DNA of 64,000 nucleotides from Eledone cirrhosa (Eukaryota). The translations under genes and the position numbers were made by a program. Shown here one piece after another: positions 39,544-55,756 of this stretch; position 1 is the stretch's first letter, and each line of letters begins with the position of its first letter. Location: contig OZ024763.1 of assembly GCA_964016885.1 (NCBI GenBank), forward strand, positions 8,122,001 through 8,186,000, read 5' to 3'. The notes below the pieces were generated by a model that did no database searches, was not told the DNA's origin, and worked only from the letters and a program-made list of their open reading frames with translations.

Positions 39544-40787
39544 TTTTGTAGTTATGATGATCAGCATAAAGACCTAAAAATTACCAAGTAAATGTAGAGA
39601 TCGGAAGGGGTTTGCTGTGTATTCTAATTTTTGGTATATGAAGGACCGCCGGCTCCCCAAAAACCTGAAGTGCCCCGCGCTCCCCCAAAGTCTAAAAAAA
39701 ATCTAACCCTGGTCGCTAGTACTTCAACCTTTCACCCCCACTATAGCATAGGGTAAAGAAAAGTTAGAAGAAAGAAACTGCTGAGCCCGTAGGCATTAAT
39801 CTTGGTCAGGATTATGAAATTATGTATAATACTGCCCTACAGATGTTCTTGTATATACAGTGGCGGATCTATTATGAAAGTAATGAGGGTTAAGCTTCTC
39901 TAATCCCGAGATGGTCCTAGTAAGAACTGCTTCTAATGTAGATCCGTTGTTGCTTTTTTGCGAAAGAGTTTTTTTTTTAACAGTTAAAGCTTCAGGGCTC
40001 CAGGGAACCCTCCACAAAAATATAAATCGTCATCTTTGTGTATATGTATACGTAGGGCTACATTGTATAGTAGTTTGTATGGCAGTATCGGTAGAGCGCC
40101 ATGTTTTGCAGCATCGAGTTACAGCCCTTTACGGGCGTCGATGAAATAAAGTACCAGTAATGCACTGATGTCGATGTAATCGACTTTCCCCGCCTCCAAA
40201 ATTGTTGGCCTTCTGCCTAAATCATAAACCATTGTTAGTAGCTGTTGTTGTCCAGTTCCAGTCGACCCTCAATCGTGTCGACCCCCCCCCCCCTTAATAT
40301 ATATCCGCATCTGTGTGTGTGTATGTAGGGCTACATTGTATAGTAGTAGCTTGTATCTAATTGTTTAGTTCTGGTCATCCTTCATCTAGATATATACTCG
40401 AAGGTGTTCCAACTGTATCTTCTTCTTCGTCCACTTATTCCTGAGAGGGTCGCGGGGGGCAGAATCCTCAAACACTCCTCCCAGCGGGTCCTGTCAGAAG
40501 CTGCCGTCTCCAACTGATCTGGCTAGATCCCCCAAACGTGACCAACTACCTTGCTCGGGGCCTACGCCTGAGTCTCTTGCCAGTTAGCTTTGCCTGTAAA
40601 ATCTGTCCAGAGATTCTTTCCTGAGACATTCTAACAGATGTCTATAGTATCAGAGCTGTGATCTCTCTATTACGGGATCAGAAAGTCAGCAGGCTGCCCA
40701 AGGAAGAAGCCCCGTGTGGCTTTTGTAATAGGGTGAAAGCAGAAATTCTTTGCTTAAACTTTAATCTTATTATTATATGTATTTATA

Positions 40788-40837
<50 letters not shown>

Positions 40838-40993
40838 CAACACTCATCTCTTTCCATTTCTCCGAGGGTTATTAACCCCACTATCAGGCTAAATAATTTC
40901 TTTAATTTCCTTAGTCAAAATACGGCGATAGCTTCTATTTATAATTTCAAACTCGTTCGATGTTTCGAAAATATTCTTACTGTATATATATAC

Positions 40994-41065
<72 letters not shown>

Positions 41066-41148
41066 TAATGTATTTAGTGGTGGGCTTTTATATGTTTTGA
41101 AACCATATGGTTCAGACGGAGATGCACCTTCGTTTGAACCATATTCTA

Positions 41149-41187
<39 letters not shown>

Positions 41188-41704
41188 CGGAAGAAATGTG
41201 GCAAGGAACTAGGTGGACCATAACGCACCAAAGTACTCAATACTTAGGGCAGTAGAGTGGGTAATAGGAACGAGTAGGACCCGACGGCTGAGCTCAAGCC
41301 GTTTCTAGCCGTCGAATTAGCACTCAATAGTTGTGGGAGGGAGTGTAAGTTTTATTTTCTAAGTAGAAAATTGATATTTATGGTCAAAGATCCTGTTTGG
41401 TCACTGATGCGTGTATTCAAAGGGTGCGTTCAGGTGAGTACTGCATATCTCTTTACAAATCTAAGTAATGCATGGACAGAACCTGTGAGAAAGTCGTGTT
41501 GAAGTTGTTGTTGTTGCTGTTATTGTTAATATTAGTTTTTACTTTGTTATCAGTTGTACATAAACCATATTATGTCAGCTAGATTTTATAAGTTATACAA
41601 TGAGGGAACTATGACAAAAACCCTGAGAGGGTCGTGGGGGCAGAGTCCTCTAACACTCCTTCCAGCGGGTCCTGTCAGAAGCAACCGTCTCCAACTGATC
41701 TGGA

Positions 41705-41930
41705 GGACGGTGAGGGAGACTCGTTGGAAGAGCAACCATTCCAGCTTATGAGGCTCACACCTGTGGGTAGCCAGCTCAGCGCTTATGGTTGTGAGAAGTG
41801 CGGTGGCCCTAGGGCCAAGGACACCAGAAGTCTCCACTGCTACAGGTAGCCAACTCTGTGGTGATGGCGGTAAGTAGGAAGGTAGCCCTAGGGGGCCAAG
41901 GACACCAGGAGTCTCCACTGGTGTCTCAGA
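41705..41930 (-). mobile_element. CRE-like RLE fragment, second copy
   Basis: PVAVETSGVLGPRATALLTTISAELATHRCEPHKLEWLLFQRVSL, highly similar to 59170-59443. Confidence 0.65.
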
Positions 41931-42342
41931 ATTGACAGAATTCACAGAAATATTTATGAATTTGAAAAAAAGGTTGAGTAGGTTGGTGCACCCCCTCCAA
42001 CACACACCTCCCAACCCCCTGCTCGTCTTTTCTTTTATCTTCCTCTGCCCTAACTCTGTTCCATTTAGACAACACCATCTTTCAACCACGTCAACATTTG
42101 CAGCATCAGCAGTTTGAAGAATTCCTAACTCATCATTAAACCTCTCACTGCTTCTCTTAGAGGAAATAAAAGAATTTAAGAATAAAATTAAAAAATTAAA
42201 AACTGGAGCAAGACAAATGTCTGTTAAGACTCCAGTTAGGATATATATAAAATTTGAGTTAGAAGTACATTTAACTGATTTTAGTCTTGTATATACATTA
42301 GAAGTGTGTATATATATATATATATATATGTCGGTGTGTGTG

Positions 42343-42375
<33 letters not shown>

Positions 42376-42408
42376 CTATGTTAATGTATACATATATATA
42401 ACTGTGTC

Positions 42409-42449
<41 letters not shown>

Positions 42450-42710
42450 CTATGCTAATATATACATATATATGACTGTGTCTCTGTGTGTGTCTATATA
42501 TATATACATATGTGTGTGTGTGTGTCTATGTTAATGTATACATATATGTGATTGTGTCTGTGTATGTGTGTCTAAATATATATATATATATATGTATGTG
42601 ATTGTGTCTGTGTGTGTGTCTGTGTGTGTGTGTCTATACATATATATGAAAAAAGTATGTCTGTGTGTTGTATCTATACATGTATATATATATATATGTA
42701 TATGTATATA

Positions 42711-42768
<58 letters not shown>

Positions 42769-42878
42769 TGTGTGTCTATATATATATGTGTGTCTGTGTG
42801 TCTATATATATATATATATATATGTGTGTGTCTATATATATATATGTCTGTGTGTCTATATATATATATATGTGTGTC

Positions 42879-42913
<35 letters not shown>

Positions 42914-42940
42914 GTCTGTGTGTTTATATATATATATGTC

Positions 42941-42984
<44 letters not shown>

Positions 42985-44024
42985 TGTGTGTGTTTATATA
43001 TATATATGTCTGTGTGTCTATACATATATGTGAATGTGTGTGTTTCTTTATATATATATATGTGGGTGGGTGTACTTGACTATATAATACAAATCCACGG
43101 TTTCTATACATGTATGCCACTGTGGGTATATAAAGGTATTCACCCATAGAAACCAAGCCAAAAACAGTTCTATATAAGCAAGGCACGATCCCTTTATCTA
43201 ACTTGTCTCACAATGGGACAACTCGTCTAACCCAAGCTAGCGTTGAAAATAGATGTTAAACAATGATGACATCTATACATAATATAAAAGAGAGATGTTT
43301 GTAGGTTGGTTCCTTTGTGCACCACACAAAAACAAAAACTGGCAATAGAAAGTAAGTACAGCAGTGGAATAAAGGTATACCTGGGAGAGGTTTATTGATA
43401 CTAATTTTATAACATCAAAGAAGAGAAACATTCCAGGTATGGCTAACCAACTTGATTGCTATTTCTAGCAGATTGAGAATCAACCATAAGGGAATCTCTG
43501 TGAAGGCACAAGGCTTAGTGGTTAGAGCATTGGGCTTACAATCGAAAGGTTGTGAGTTCAATTCTCGGACCAGGTGATGTGTTGTTTCCTTGAGCAAGAC
43601 ACTTTATTTCACGTTGCTCCAGTTTACTCAGCTGTAGAAATGAGATGATAGGACTGGGGTCCATATCTCTAAATTACCCAAGACACCTCCAACGAGATAT
43701 ATCTTGGAGGAGGCCAGCTAAACCTGCATAGGTGTGAGCTGTCAGTGGTGATCGTGTTTCACGGCAATTGTCTCTGATTTGAACACTGGTTTATACACAC
43801 TCACACACACATTTATACCTGTAAACCAAACAACGCATCTGATACAGACGTTTTCTCTTCAACCTGTCTTCTCTTATCTGTTTACCCAGGCAAAGCTGGG
43901 TACCTCAGCTAGTATATATATATCTGAAACGTTAAGACCCTCTTCCTGCTATTTCAAGTGTTAACCTAATATATTCCTTCCATATACTGTGCCGATTGTG
44001 TTATTTCTGTTTACCTTTTACATG

Positions 44025-44092
<68 letters not shown>

Positions 44093-44523
44093 GATTGGTG
44101 CTCTGAAATAGCGATGTATACATGAATGTATGTATAGTATATTTGGCAATATACCGTATGTTTAATTCAAAACATTTAGAAGACCTTACGCTATCAATTT
44201 TAAAGTAGTGACTATGTCACTTACTTATTTTCGGCGAAAGAAGGGAGAGAGGTTGTCAGTCTGTTTCATGCTGGTTGGCGTTCATCATACATATATGTAT
44301 ATATATATATATATATTAGCTGAGGTAGCCAGCTTTGCCCATGTAAACAGATAAATATATATATATGGTCAGTAAGGAGACAAACAGAAGATTAATGGTA
44401 CCAGTCTCATTGGTTTCAGAGAGGGCTTTGTGAAGGCTATCGGCACGGCCCCTCTACTTACATTTGTTTTCTTTATTTGCTAGGTCTATAGAGAATACCA
44501 ATATCTTTGGTCTTGTGTTCCAG

Positions 44524-44660
44524 GGCTGATTCCGATGATGACGAGTACCTTGACTTGGAGGAATTGGAGCTCTGGATACAGAAAAAACTCGAGGAACATT
44601 TAGAAGACGCTACCAATGAAACTGACAGCATGTTTGCCTATCTGGATTCCAATAGAAATG
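44524..44660 (+). CDS. SDF4: Cab45 coding exon 2 (EF-hands)
   Basis: gtgttccag|G ADSDDDEYLDLEELELWIQKKLEEHLEDATNETDSMFAYLDSNRN G|gtaag, 137 nt. Confidence 0.93.
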
Positions 44661-44917
44661 GTAAGGAATATTTCTCTTGATTTATAGGCCTTCAAATGAG
44701 GGCTTTGTAGGTTTGGTTCTTGGATAAGGTAGCTCATTGTGTTCTCTATATGTTTACATACTCACACACACACAAACACAAACACACACAAACATATATA
44801 TATATGATAATAATAAGTAGGGAATCATATACATATTTAATTTTACATTACATATGTTTCATTGCCGATCAGCTCGAGGAACGATCGATTATGTGTGTAT
44901 ATATATATATATATATA

Positions 44918-45165
44918 TCTTTTGTGAATCAGGTATTTCGTGCTAATCTCCTGTTCTTGGATTGTAAAAGCGTATCCTTCAGAGTGGGAGCCAATATAGC
45001 GGTTGTTGGTCCAAGATAGACTACTTTCCTTATCTATATTACTCTCACTCTGCAGCTTCCTGGCAACATATCCATGCATGATTTTTTGCTGATAGGCATG
45101 CAGTTTTTCATCCATGGATTCACTGCGATACTGCTGAGCGACATCCCTGGGTGTGAGTTTTTGAT
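44918..45165 (-). mobile_element. R4/Dong-like non-LTR retrotransposon fragment
   Basis: KIMHGYV...NIDKESSLSW...SEGYAFTIQEQEISTKY is the pattern preceding the zinc knuckle in RLE LINEs. Flanked by microsatellites. Confidence 0.55.
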
Positions 45166-45178
45166 TATCACACAGGGA

Positions 45179-45209
<31 letters not shown>

Positions 45210-45727
45210 TGTATGGTAGGGTCGTTGGCGACTAACTGGCAACCCCACCAAGGTTTCTTGGTGAGGAGGGTGACTTTGGACATCCTGCAGGACTAAAAAC
45301 AAAACCTGTCAAAGGGAAAAGGAGCTCTTAAGAGTCAATGGCCATCCAAAATCACCGGGAGAGATGACCCCTTAGCCTTTGTCAAGGCAGAATTCTAGGA
45401 GAAGGAAAACTCTGAAGGAAAACTCTGATATAACACCTGCAACCCTGATGGTATCCAATGATGTTGACTTGTTCTTCTTTTTGGTAAATATCATCTTGGT
45501 TAAGAGAGTGGGACTGGCTTTGTGCAGTGCCTTTGCTCACTATAAAAGCTTCACGGCACAGGCATTGCTTTATATCTGGAGATCTCTCTGCACTTGTCAT
45601 CACATGGTACCATGGGCCCAGCACTGTGTGTCAATAATTGTCACAAGTGTAGTGCTTGTACCAGAGTTTTCAAATCGCTGGCTGGACTATACATATACAC
45701 ACATATACATATATATCTATATATGTA

Positions 45728-45785
<58 letters not shown>

Positions 45786-45813
45786 CACACATACATATAT
45801 ATCTATATATGTA

Positions 45814-45888
<75 letters not shown>

Positions 45889-46228
45889 GTGGTTGGTGTT
45901 AGGAAGGGCATCCAACTGTAGAAAACCCGCCAGACAGTCCTATGCGAGCAAGACAACCACTCTTGCCTCAAGTGGGAAAACCCCCGTCCAAACCCATGCA
46001 AGCGTGGAACACGGACGCTAAACCTGATGATGATGATGATACATACATATATAGCTATATATGTATATTTATTTATATATATATATATATACATATACAC
46101 ACATATACATATATATCTATATATGTATATTTATATATACATATATATATACACACACATATACACACATACACACATACATATATATATATACACACAC
46201 ACACATATATACACTCACACACACACAC

Positions 46229-46273
<45 letters not shown>

Positions 46274-46301
46274 CACACACATATATATTGTTACTCTGCA
46301 G

Positions 46302-46448
46302 GTTTTATTGAATGGGAGGAATATTTCCGGAAGTTTCTAAATGCCCGGGACTACAGCAGATCCATGGTTGATAATTACGTGAAGAAACTTGGTGGTCTAG
46401 ACTTCAACGAGACAGTTCTGGAGTACATACCACTGAAAAGGGCTGAAG
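46302..46448 (+). CDS. SDF4: Cab45 coding exon 3
   Basis: actctgcag|(G)FIEWEEYFRKFLNARDYSRSMVDNYVKKLGGLDFNETVLEYIPLKRAE G|gtgagg, 147 nt. Completes the DSNRNGFIEWEE EF-hand. Confidence 0.9.
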
Positions 46449-46755
46449 GTGAGGGGTTGTTGCCTTATTTACAATTTGTCCCCCATCCCCTCATTATACT
46501 GTCTTATCTGTCTCTTTGTCTTTCCCTCTATCTATTTATCTCTCTTTCGACTAATTTTTAAATTGCATTTGTGATAATATTTCACACGTTTTTATTGTAT
46601 TTGTCCCCTTCTTTTGTGCACCTGTGGCTAATAAAGAAACATATCTATGTATTTCTCTTTCTATCTACCAATCTACAGTGTACAAGTCATGATATAATGT
46701 GTGTGTATGGAGGTGGGACATCAGGTGTAGTGTTGGCAAATTTCAGGAAACATGG

Positions 46756-47095
46756 AGGCACATGGCTTAGTGGTTAGAGCATTGGCCTTTTGCAATCGAA
46801 AGGTTGTGAGTTCAATTCTCAGACCGGGTGATCTGTTGTTTCCTTGAGCAAGACACTTTATTTCACATTGCTCCAGTTTACTCAGCTGTAGAAATGAGAT
46901 GATAGGGACTGGGGTCCATATCATTCCACTGCAAAGTGGTTGTGGAGGTGCCATGGAAAAAAAAAAGCACCCAGCACTCACTGTAAATGAGGTTGGTGTT
47001 AGGAAGGGCATCCAGCTGTAGAAATCAAGCCAGAATCAGTTCCCGTCCCACCCTTGCAAGCAGGGAAAAAGCGGACGTAAAATGAAATGATGATG
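46756..47095 (+). mobile_element. tRNA-headed CORE-like SINE inserted in a CR1 fragment
   Basis: A/B boxes (TGGCTTAGTGG, GAGTTCAATTC), CCTTGAGCAAGACACTT CORE-like block, (GAT)n tail, flanked by ATGGAGG. Near-identical copies at 3724-4047(-), 31336-31660(-) and 43503-43662(+, truncated). Confidence 0.8.
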
Positions 47096-47520
47096 ATGGA
47101 GGTTTTAAAGGATGCAGTCTCCCGACAGCTAACAACTGATGCAGGTAGTTTGTTCCATGGAGGTTTTAAAGGAAACAGTGTCCCGACAGCTAATAACTGA
47201 TGCAGGTAGTTTGTTCCATGGAGGTTTTAAAGGATGCAGTATCCCGACAGCTAACAACTGATGCAGGTAGTTTGTTCCATGGAGGTTTTAAAAGATGCAG
47301 TGTCTCGACAGCTAACAACTGATGCAGGTAGTTTGTTCCATGGAGGTTTTAAAGGATGCAGTGTCCCAACAGCTAACAACTGATGCAGGTAGTTTGTTCC
47401 ATGGAGGTTTTAAAAGATGCAGTGTCTCGACAGCTAACAACTGATGCAGGGAGTTTGTTCCATGGAGGTTTTAAAGGATGCAGTGTCCCAACAGCTAACA
47501 ACTGATGCAGGGAGTTTGTT
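47096..47520. repeat. 61-bp tandem repeat x7 (CR1-derived)
   Basis: ATGGAGGTTTTAAAGGATGCAGTGTCCCGACAGCTAACAACTGATGCAGGTAGTTTGTTCC. Confidence 0.9.
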
Positions 47521-47662
47521 TCATACTTCAACAACTCTGAACGTGAAAAAATGTTTCCGAAAGTGATGGGAGCTGTGCTGTTTTCTGACTTTGTAGGCAT
47601 GTCCATGTGTGTTAATACCAGTAATTATAGAAGGCCTATTCTTATTGTTTCTATTTTCTCAG

Positions 47663-47821
47663 ACAGAGCCGTCCTGTTGAGGTACCAGAACCGTTGGTTC
47701 GACGCCGACGAAGAGACTCAGGATAATAAACTGACGAAGCAGGAATTCCTCAAGTTCCGACATCCAGAACATCGGGATGACTCCATGCAAGAAATGGCAG
47801 AGAGCATCCTCAATAGCCTTG
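47663..47821 (+). CDS. SDF4: Cab45 coding exon 4
   Basis: ttttctcag|(D)RAVLLRYQNRWFDADEETQDNKLTKQEFLKFRHPEHRDDSMQEMAESILNSL G|gtaacg, 159 nt, CREC-family FxHPE motif. Confidence 0.93.
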
Positions 47822-47872
47822 GTAACGATCTCCTCCCTCAATAGCCTTCGTAACTAACTCCTTGTCCCTTAA

Positions 47873-48538
47873 ACCTTTAGCATTTACACCACCCATAGCC
47901 GGCCAGAATTCTCTCACCTATTTCTGCTCAAACCAGCTGCTCATACTGATGTTAAGGTATTGTTCTCAAAATAAATAATATCAAAATCTCATAGATTCGA
48001 TATTATGTGAGGTAAAGCCTTTACCATGAAAATACAATAGTATATATAGAGTAATGTGAATGTTATGTGAGGTAAAGCCTTTACCATGAAAGTACAATAG
48101 TATATATAGAGTAATGTGAATGTTATGTGAGATATTATGTGAGGTAAAGCCTTTACCATGAAAATACAATAGTATATATAGAGTAATGTGAATGTTATGT
48201 GAGGTAAAGCCTTTACCATGAAAGTACAATAGTATATATAGAGTAATGTGAATGTTATGTGAGATATTATGTGAGGTAAAGCCTTTACCATGAAAATACA
48301 ATAGTATATATAGAGTAATGTAAATGTTATGTGAGGTAAAGCCTTTACTGTGAAAATACAATAGTATATATAGAGTAATGTAAATGTTATGTGAGATATT
48401 ATGTGAGGTAAAGCCTTTACCGTGAAAATACAATAGTATATATAGAGTAATGTAAATGTTATGTGAGATATTATGTGAGGTAAAGTCTTTACTGTGAAAA
48501 TACAATAGTATATATAGAGTAATCTTGATGGTAAAGGG
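47873..48538. mobile_element. piggyBac-like MITE with internal 60/72-bp array (SDF4 intron)
   Basis: TTAA|ACCTTTAGCATTTA ... ATGGTAAAGGG|TTAA. Same family as 8020-8793. Confidence 0.78.
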
Positions 48539-48751
48539 TTAATAGCCCTGGTAACTATTTCCTCCTTTACATTCTGAGTTCAAATCCCATCGAGGTAGAC
48601 TTTGCCTTTCATCCTTCTGGGGGTCAATAAAATGAAGTACCAGTCACGCACTAGGGTCAATTTAATCGACTTTCCCCCTCCCATAAAATTGCTGGCCTTG
48701 TGCCTATATAAGAAACTATTGTTGTTGTTATTGTTGCTGTTTGTGTTTCAG

Positions 48752-48924
48752 ATAAGAACAAAAACGATCTGTTGACTGCAGATGAGTTTATTGCCTTACC
48801 GCCGGGAATTGTGTCTGAAACTGAGTCCAAAGATGACCATCAATGGCAGGAGGAACGGAAATATGAGTTTGAGAATTTCATTGATTCCAACAAAGACGGT
48901 GTTGTCAATGTTGTAGAATTAAAG
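48752..48924 (+). CDS. SDF4: Cab45 coding exon 5
   Basis: gtgtttcag|(D)KNKNDLLTADEFIALPPG...WQEERKYEFENFIDSNKDGVVNVVELK|gtaagc, 173 nt, two EF-hand loops. Confidence 0.93.
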
Positions 48925-49535
48925 GTAAGCACAGCGGTGACCCCTGCTTTTGTTCTTGAGTCCCTGAGTTGGTCCTGGTCTGCTCTGACAGACATATGAT
49001 AAAATCCATTCCAACCATGGCCATCCTGTTGTCTTTTGATGGATTACTGGATATCTGACTTCTTCTTTGCCTTCTTCTTCTCCCACTTATTCCTGAGAGG
49101 GTGGGTGGGGTGGGGGGGGGGGACAGAGACAAAAGACTCCTTCCAGTGGGTCCTGTCAGAAGCAACCTAGTTATACAGATGTTATTCCTTTGCATACAAA
49201 CTTAAGCCTACAGTCAGTAGGCACCTCTTCACCCAATATACACCCCAACCCACACACCCTACTTCATCCTGCCACTTCCCTCCACTGTAATGTGGTCGTG
49301 TAGGAGACACGGTATAAAGGCTCCCAGTCCACACTGTAAATGTGGTTGGTGTTAGGAAGGGCATCCAGATACAGTCCTATATGAGCGAGACATGGTTTCC
49401 AGACCAATCTCGCCTCAAGTGGGACAAAAACCGTCCAACCCATGCTAGCGTGGAGGATGGTCATTAAACGATGATGATGATGATGATGATGATATTAACT
49501 ATTCTTTCTTTCTTTTTTTCTCTCCCCCCTCCCAG

Positions 49536-49712
49536 CACTATCTTAACCCTCGCAACCCAGTGCAGATAAAGAATGAGGCTCTGGCCATTCTGGAGATGAT
49601 AGACGACAACTACGACAAAAGACTGTCCAAGGCAGAAGTGCTGCATCACGAAACAGAGTTTATCTCCAGCAAAATGGTAGAAATTGCTCGGAACTTCCAT
49701 GATGAGTTTTAA
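49536..49712 (+). CDS. SDF4: Cab45 last coding exon
   Basis: cctcccag|HYLNPRNPVQIKNEALAILEMIDDNYDKRLSKAEVLHHETEFISSKMVEIARNFHDEF*. Ends in a CREC-type HDEF. Confidence 0.95.
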   Translation, partial: HYLNPRNPVQIKNEALAILEMIDDNYDKRLSKAEVLHHETEFISSKMVEIARNFHDEF

Positions 49713-49845
49713 GGAACCGCCTGTCTCTTTTTACAACTTTCCACTAAAATCTACGACATATCTGACTCTGCAAAATATTCGCTTTCAAGACAAGATTTTA
49801 AATCTGTGTATATATGTTTAAATACATGCATTTATTTATATATAT

Positions 49846-49894
<49 letters not shown>

Positions 49895-49958
49895 GAAGAG
49901 ATTATCTCTTCTACATATAAATAGCTCCTTTAATGTTGAGCACTTTAAATTATAACTG

Positions 49959-49994
<36 letters not shown>

Positions 49995-50041
49995 ATAATA
50001 ATTACAAAAGCCGAAATCCGAAGAGGGCTCGATAAGGATTG

Positions 50042-50101
<60 letters not shown>

Positions 50102-50432
50102 TATATATAAACCCGTAGAGCAAATATTTATTAGTACAGATTAAAGTTTAAGCAAAGAATTACTGCTTTCACCCTTAATGGGATCTTCTGAAACTCAGAA
50201 GATCCCATAATAAGGTGAAAGCAGTGATTCTTTGCTTAAATCTGTACTAATAATAAATATATATATACATATGTATATATATATATACATAGAATTATAC
50301 ATAACGTGTATGTGTGTCTGTATACGACTGCAGGAAAAATGGACATACCACAATGATGAGGATATATGCACAGTGCATATGCATACACACACTCACATTC
50401 TCATATATATATACATACATACATATATATAT

Positions 50433-50468
<36 letters not shown>

Positions 50469-51148
50469 TTCTCACACATATACATATATACACACACACA
50501 CACATTCTCACACATATATACATATATACATACATACATATATATATACATACACACACATTCTCACATATATACACACACACACATTCTCACACATATA
50601 TACATATATACATACATATATATATATATATACACACACATACACATTCTCACATATATACATATATACACACATACACACACACATTCTCACACATATA
50701 TACATATATACATACATATATATATATATATATACACTCACACACACATTCTCACACATATATACATATATACACACACACACATGTACAACATTTTACA
50801 GTATTGTTATTTTCATACTTATGTACAATCTATTCAATGAATCCACCCTGCAAGGACTGTTGACAGCAACAACAATATTATCACTATTATTGTTATTATT
50901 ATTATTTTTAGAATTATATGCTAAAAAAAATTATAAAATTTGTCAAAATTTATAAAATTGATATACTTTTTTTTTTCTTTTCTTTAAATCTTTCCATAAA
51001 ATAATTTGTTTGACTTCCAATCCTGCTAAAGATATTTGGGTCACTTAGAATTACTGGTATGTGTGTATAATTAGTATCTTTGTGGCTGGTTTTTGACTCT
51101 TTTCCTACTTTCAGGCATTAGATTGTGGCCATGCTGGAGCACTTGCCT

Positions 51149-51183
<35 letters not shown>

Positions 51184-51361
51184 CCCATCGATCATATCAA
51201 CATCATCATCAACATTTAACGTCTACTTTTCCACGCTGGCATAGGTTAGACAAGTTGTCCTGTTGTGAGCAATGACATGGTCAGGTGACCATGTCTTGTT
51301 CATGCAGAACTGATTTGGGGTTAGTTTCTACAGCTGGATGTCCTTCCTAGCACCAGCCTCA

Positions 51362-51925
51362 TTTACAGTGAGTACTGGGTGCTTTTTGTCGTGACACCTA
51401 CATGACCACTTTACAGTGAGTACTGGGTGCTTTTTGTCGTGTCACCTACATGACCACTTTACAGTGAGTACTGGGTACTTTTTGTTGTGTCACCTACATG
51501 ACCACTTTACAGTGAGTACTGGGTGCTTTTTGTCGTGTCACCTACATGACCACTTTACAGTGAGTATTGGGTACTTTTTGTCATGTCACCTACATGACCA
51601 CTTTACAGTGAGTATTGGGTACTTTTTGCAATGTCACCTACATGACCACTTTACAGTGAGTATTGGGTACTTTTTGCAATGTCACCTACATGACCACTTT
51701 ACAGTGAGTATTGGGTACTTTTTGCAATGTCACCTACATGACCACTTTACAGTGAGTACTGGGTACTTTTTGTCGTGTCACCTACATGACCACTTTACAG
51801 TGAGTACTGGGTACTTTTTTGTCGTGTCACCTACATGACCACTTTACAGTGAGTATTGGGTACTTTTTGTCATGTCACCTACATGACCACTTTACAGTGA
51901 GGACTGGGTACTTTTTGTCTTGACA
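51362..51925. repeat. 48-bp tandem repeat, about 12 copies (SINE-derived)
   Basis: CACTTTACAGTGAGTA(C/T)TGGGTACTTTTTGTCGTGTCACCTACATGAC continues directly from a SINE body. Confidence 0.9.
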
Positions 51926-52650
51926 CACTAAGTTTCAGGATATAAATGACCACTAAGTTTCAGGATATAAAACAGACAATGGGGGAGCGAGGCCAGAACC
52001 AGTTTTAGGCAGTTTGAGGCAGTTTAGTATCTAAAAGGTTAAGAAACTGAAAAAAACAATCTGTTGAGAGTGAGTTGTGATGATGATGTGTGTTGTGATG
52101 ATGTCTATTGTCAATCAAAACAGTCAGATGACACGTGGTCTGTGTCTTCCTCTACTCTCTCAGTAACAATGGTTACAGTTCCTTTATATGGTCATTTCCT
52201 GAGCTGGAAAGAAGGCCAAGACTGCTGCTTGGGAAACTTGCAACAACATCCTGTTATGTCAGAAAATATTTATGGAGAATTGTCTATCTTGTATCTGTAT
52301 ATATATATATATATATATAATGTATGTATGTGAGACAGAGAGAAAGAGAAGTATCTCTCTCCATATATGTGTGTGTGTGTGAAAGAGAAGTACCCCACCC
52401 CTCTCTATAATATATATATGTAGGTGCCATGGAAAAAAAGCACCCAGCACTCACTGTAAATGAGGTTGGTGTTAGGAAGGGCATCCAGCTGTAGAAATCA
52501 AGTCCGAATCAGTTCCTGTATGAGCAAGACATGGTCAGCCGACTGGACACTGCTCACAACAGGACAACCCGTCTAACCCATGCTAGCATGGAAGAACGGA
52601 CGTAAAACGATGATGATGATATATATATATATATATTTAATATAGAAAAG

Positions 52651-52697
52651 CTTCTACAATACTAGAACTGTTTCATTCGGGAGAAATCATCAGGAAG
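52651..52697 (-). ncRNA. Type I hammerhead ribozyme-like motif (family A, copy 3)
   Basis: Minus strand CTTC-CTGATGA-T[TTC tccc GAA]T-GAAACAG ttctagta TTGTA^GAAG. Confidence 0.62.
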
Positions 52698-52833
52698 GTG
52701 ACTGTCCAAGTAATCTATATTAAATATTTATACTCTATGTATTGAGTCCCTTACTTACTGTGGTTACCCCCCCCCCCCCCGATGAACCCGGGGATAAATT
52801 TATATATATATATATATGTGTTTAGAAGTAGCC

Positions 52834-55685
<2,852 letters not shown>

Positions 55686-55703
55686 AATAGTTTTAATATA
55701 GAT

Positions 55704-55756
55704 GAGATTCTACAGGACTAGCACTGTTTCATTCATTAGAAATCATCAGGAATCCC
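55704..55756 (-). ncRNA. Type I hammerhead ribozyme-like motif (family A, copy 4, best formed)
   Basis: Minus strand GGGATTC-CTGATGA-T[TTC taat GAA]T-GAAACAG tgctagtc CTGTA^GAATCTC. 7-bp stem I, 4-bp stem III. Confidence 0.68.

Larger units (their letters stand above)
46680..47640 (-). mobile_element. CR1-like LINE 3' fragment (SINE-interrupted, with 61-bp tandem expansion)
   Basis: Minus strand NTHGHAYKVRKQHSSHHFRKHFFTFRVVEV*NKLPASVVSC resembles the CR1 ORF2 C-terminus. 3' UTR copies near 4885-5085 and 60095-60435. Confidence 0.7.

Noticed and set aside
42568-43186. Cluster of long ORFs (also 45594-46340, 50232-50955, 60805-61655, 62164-62695)
   Set aside because: Microsatellite or polypurine translations. 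Only 46302-46448 is a real exon.
45210-45470. RTE-like 5' UTR or HDV-like ribozyme
   Set aside because: TAGGAGAAGGAAAACTCTGA resembles RTE 5' UTRs, but I could not build an HDV-type double pseudoknot by eye.
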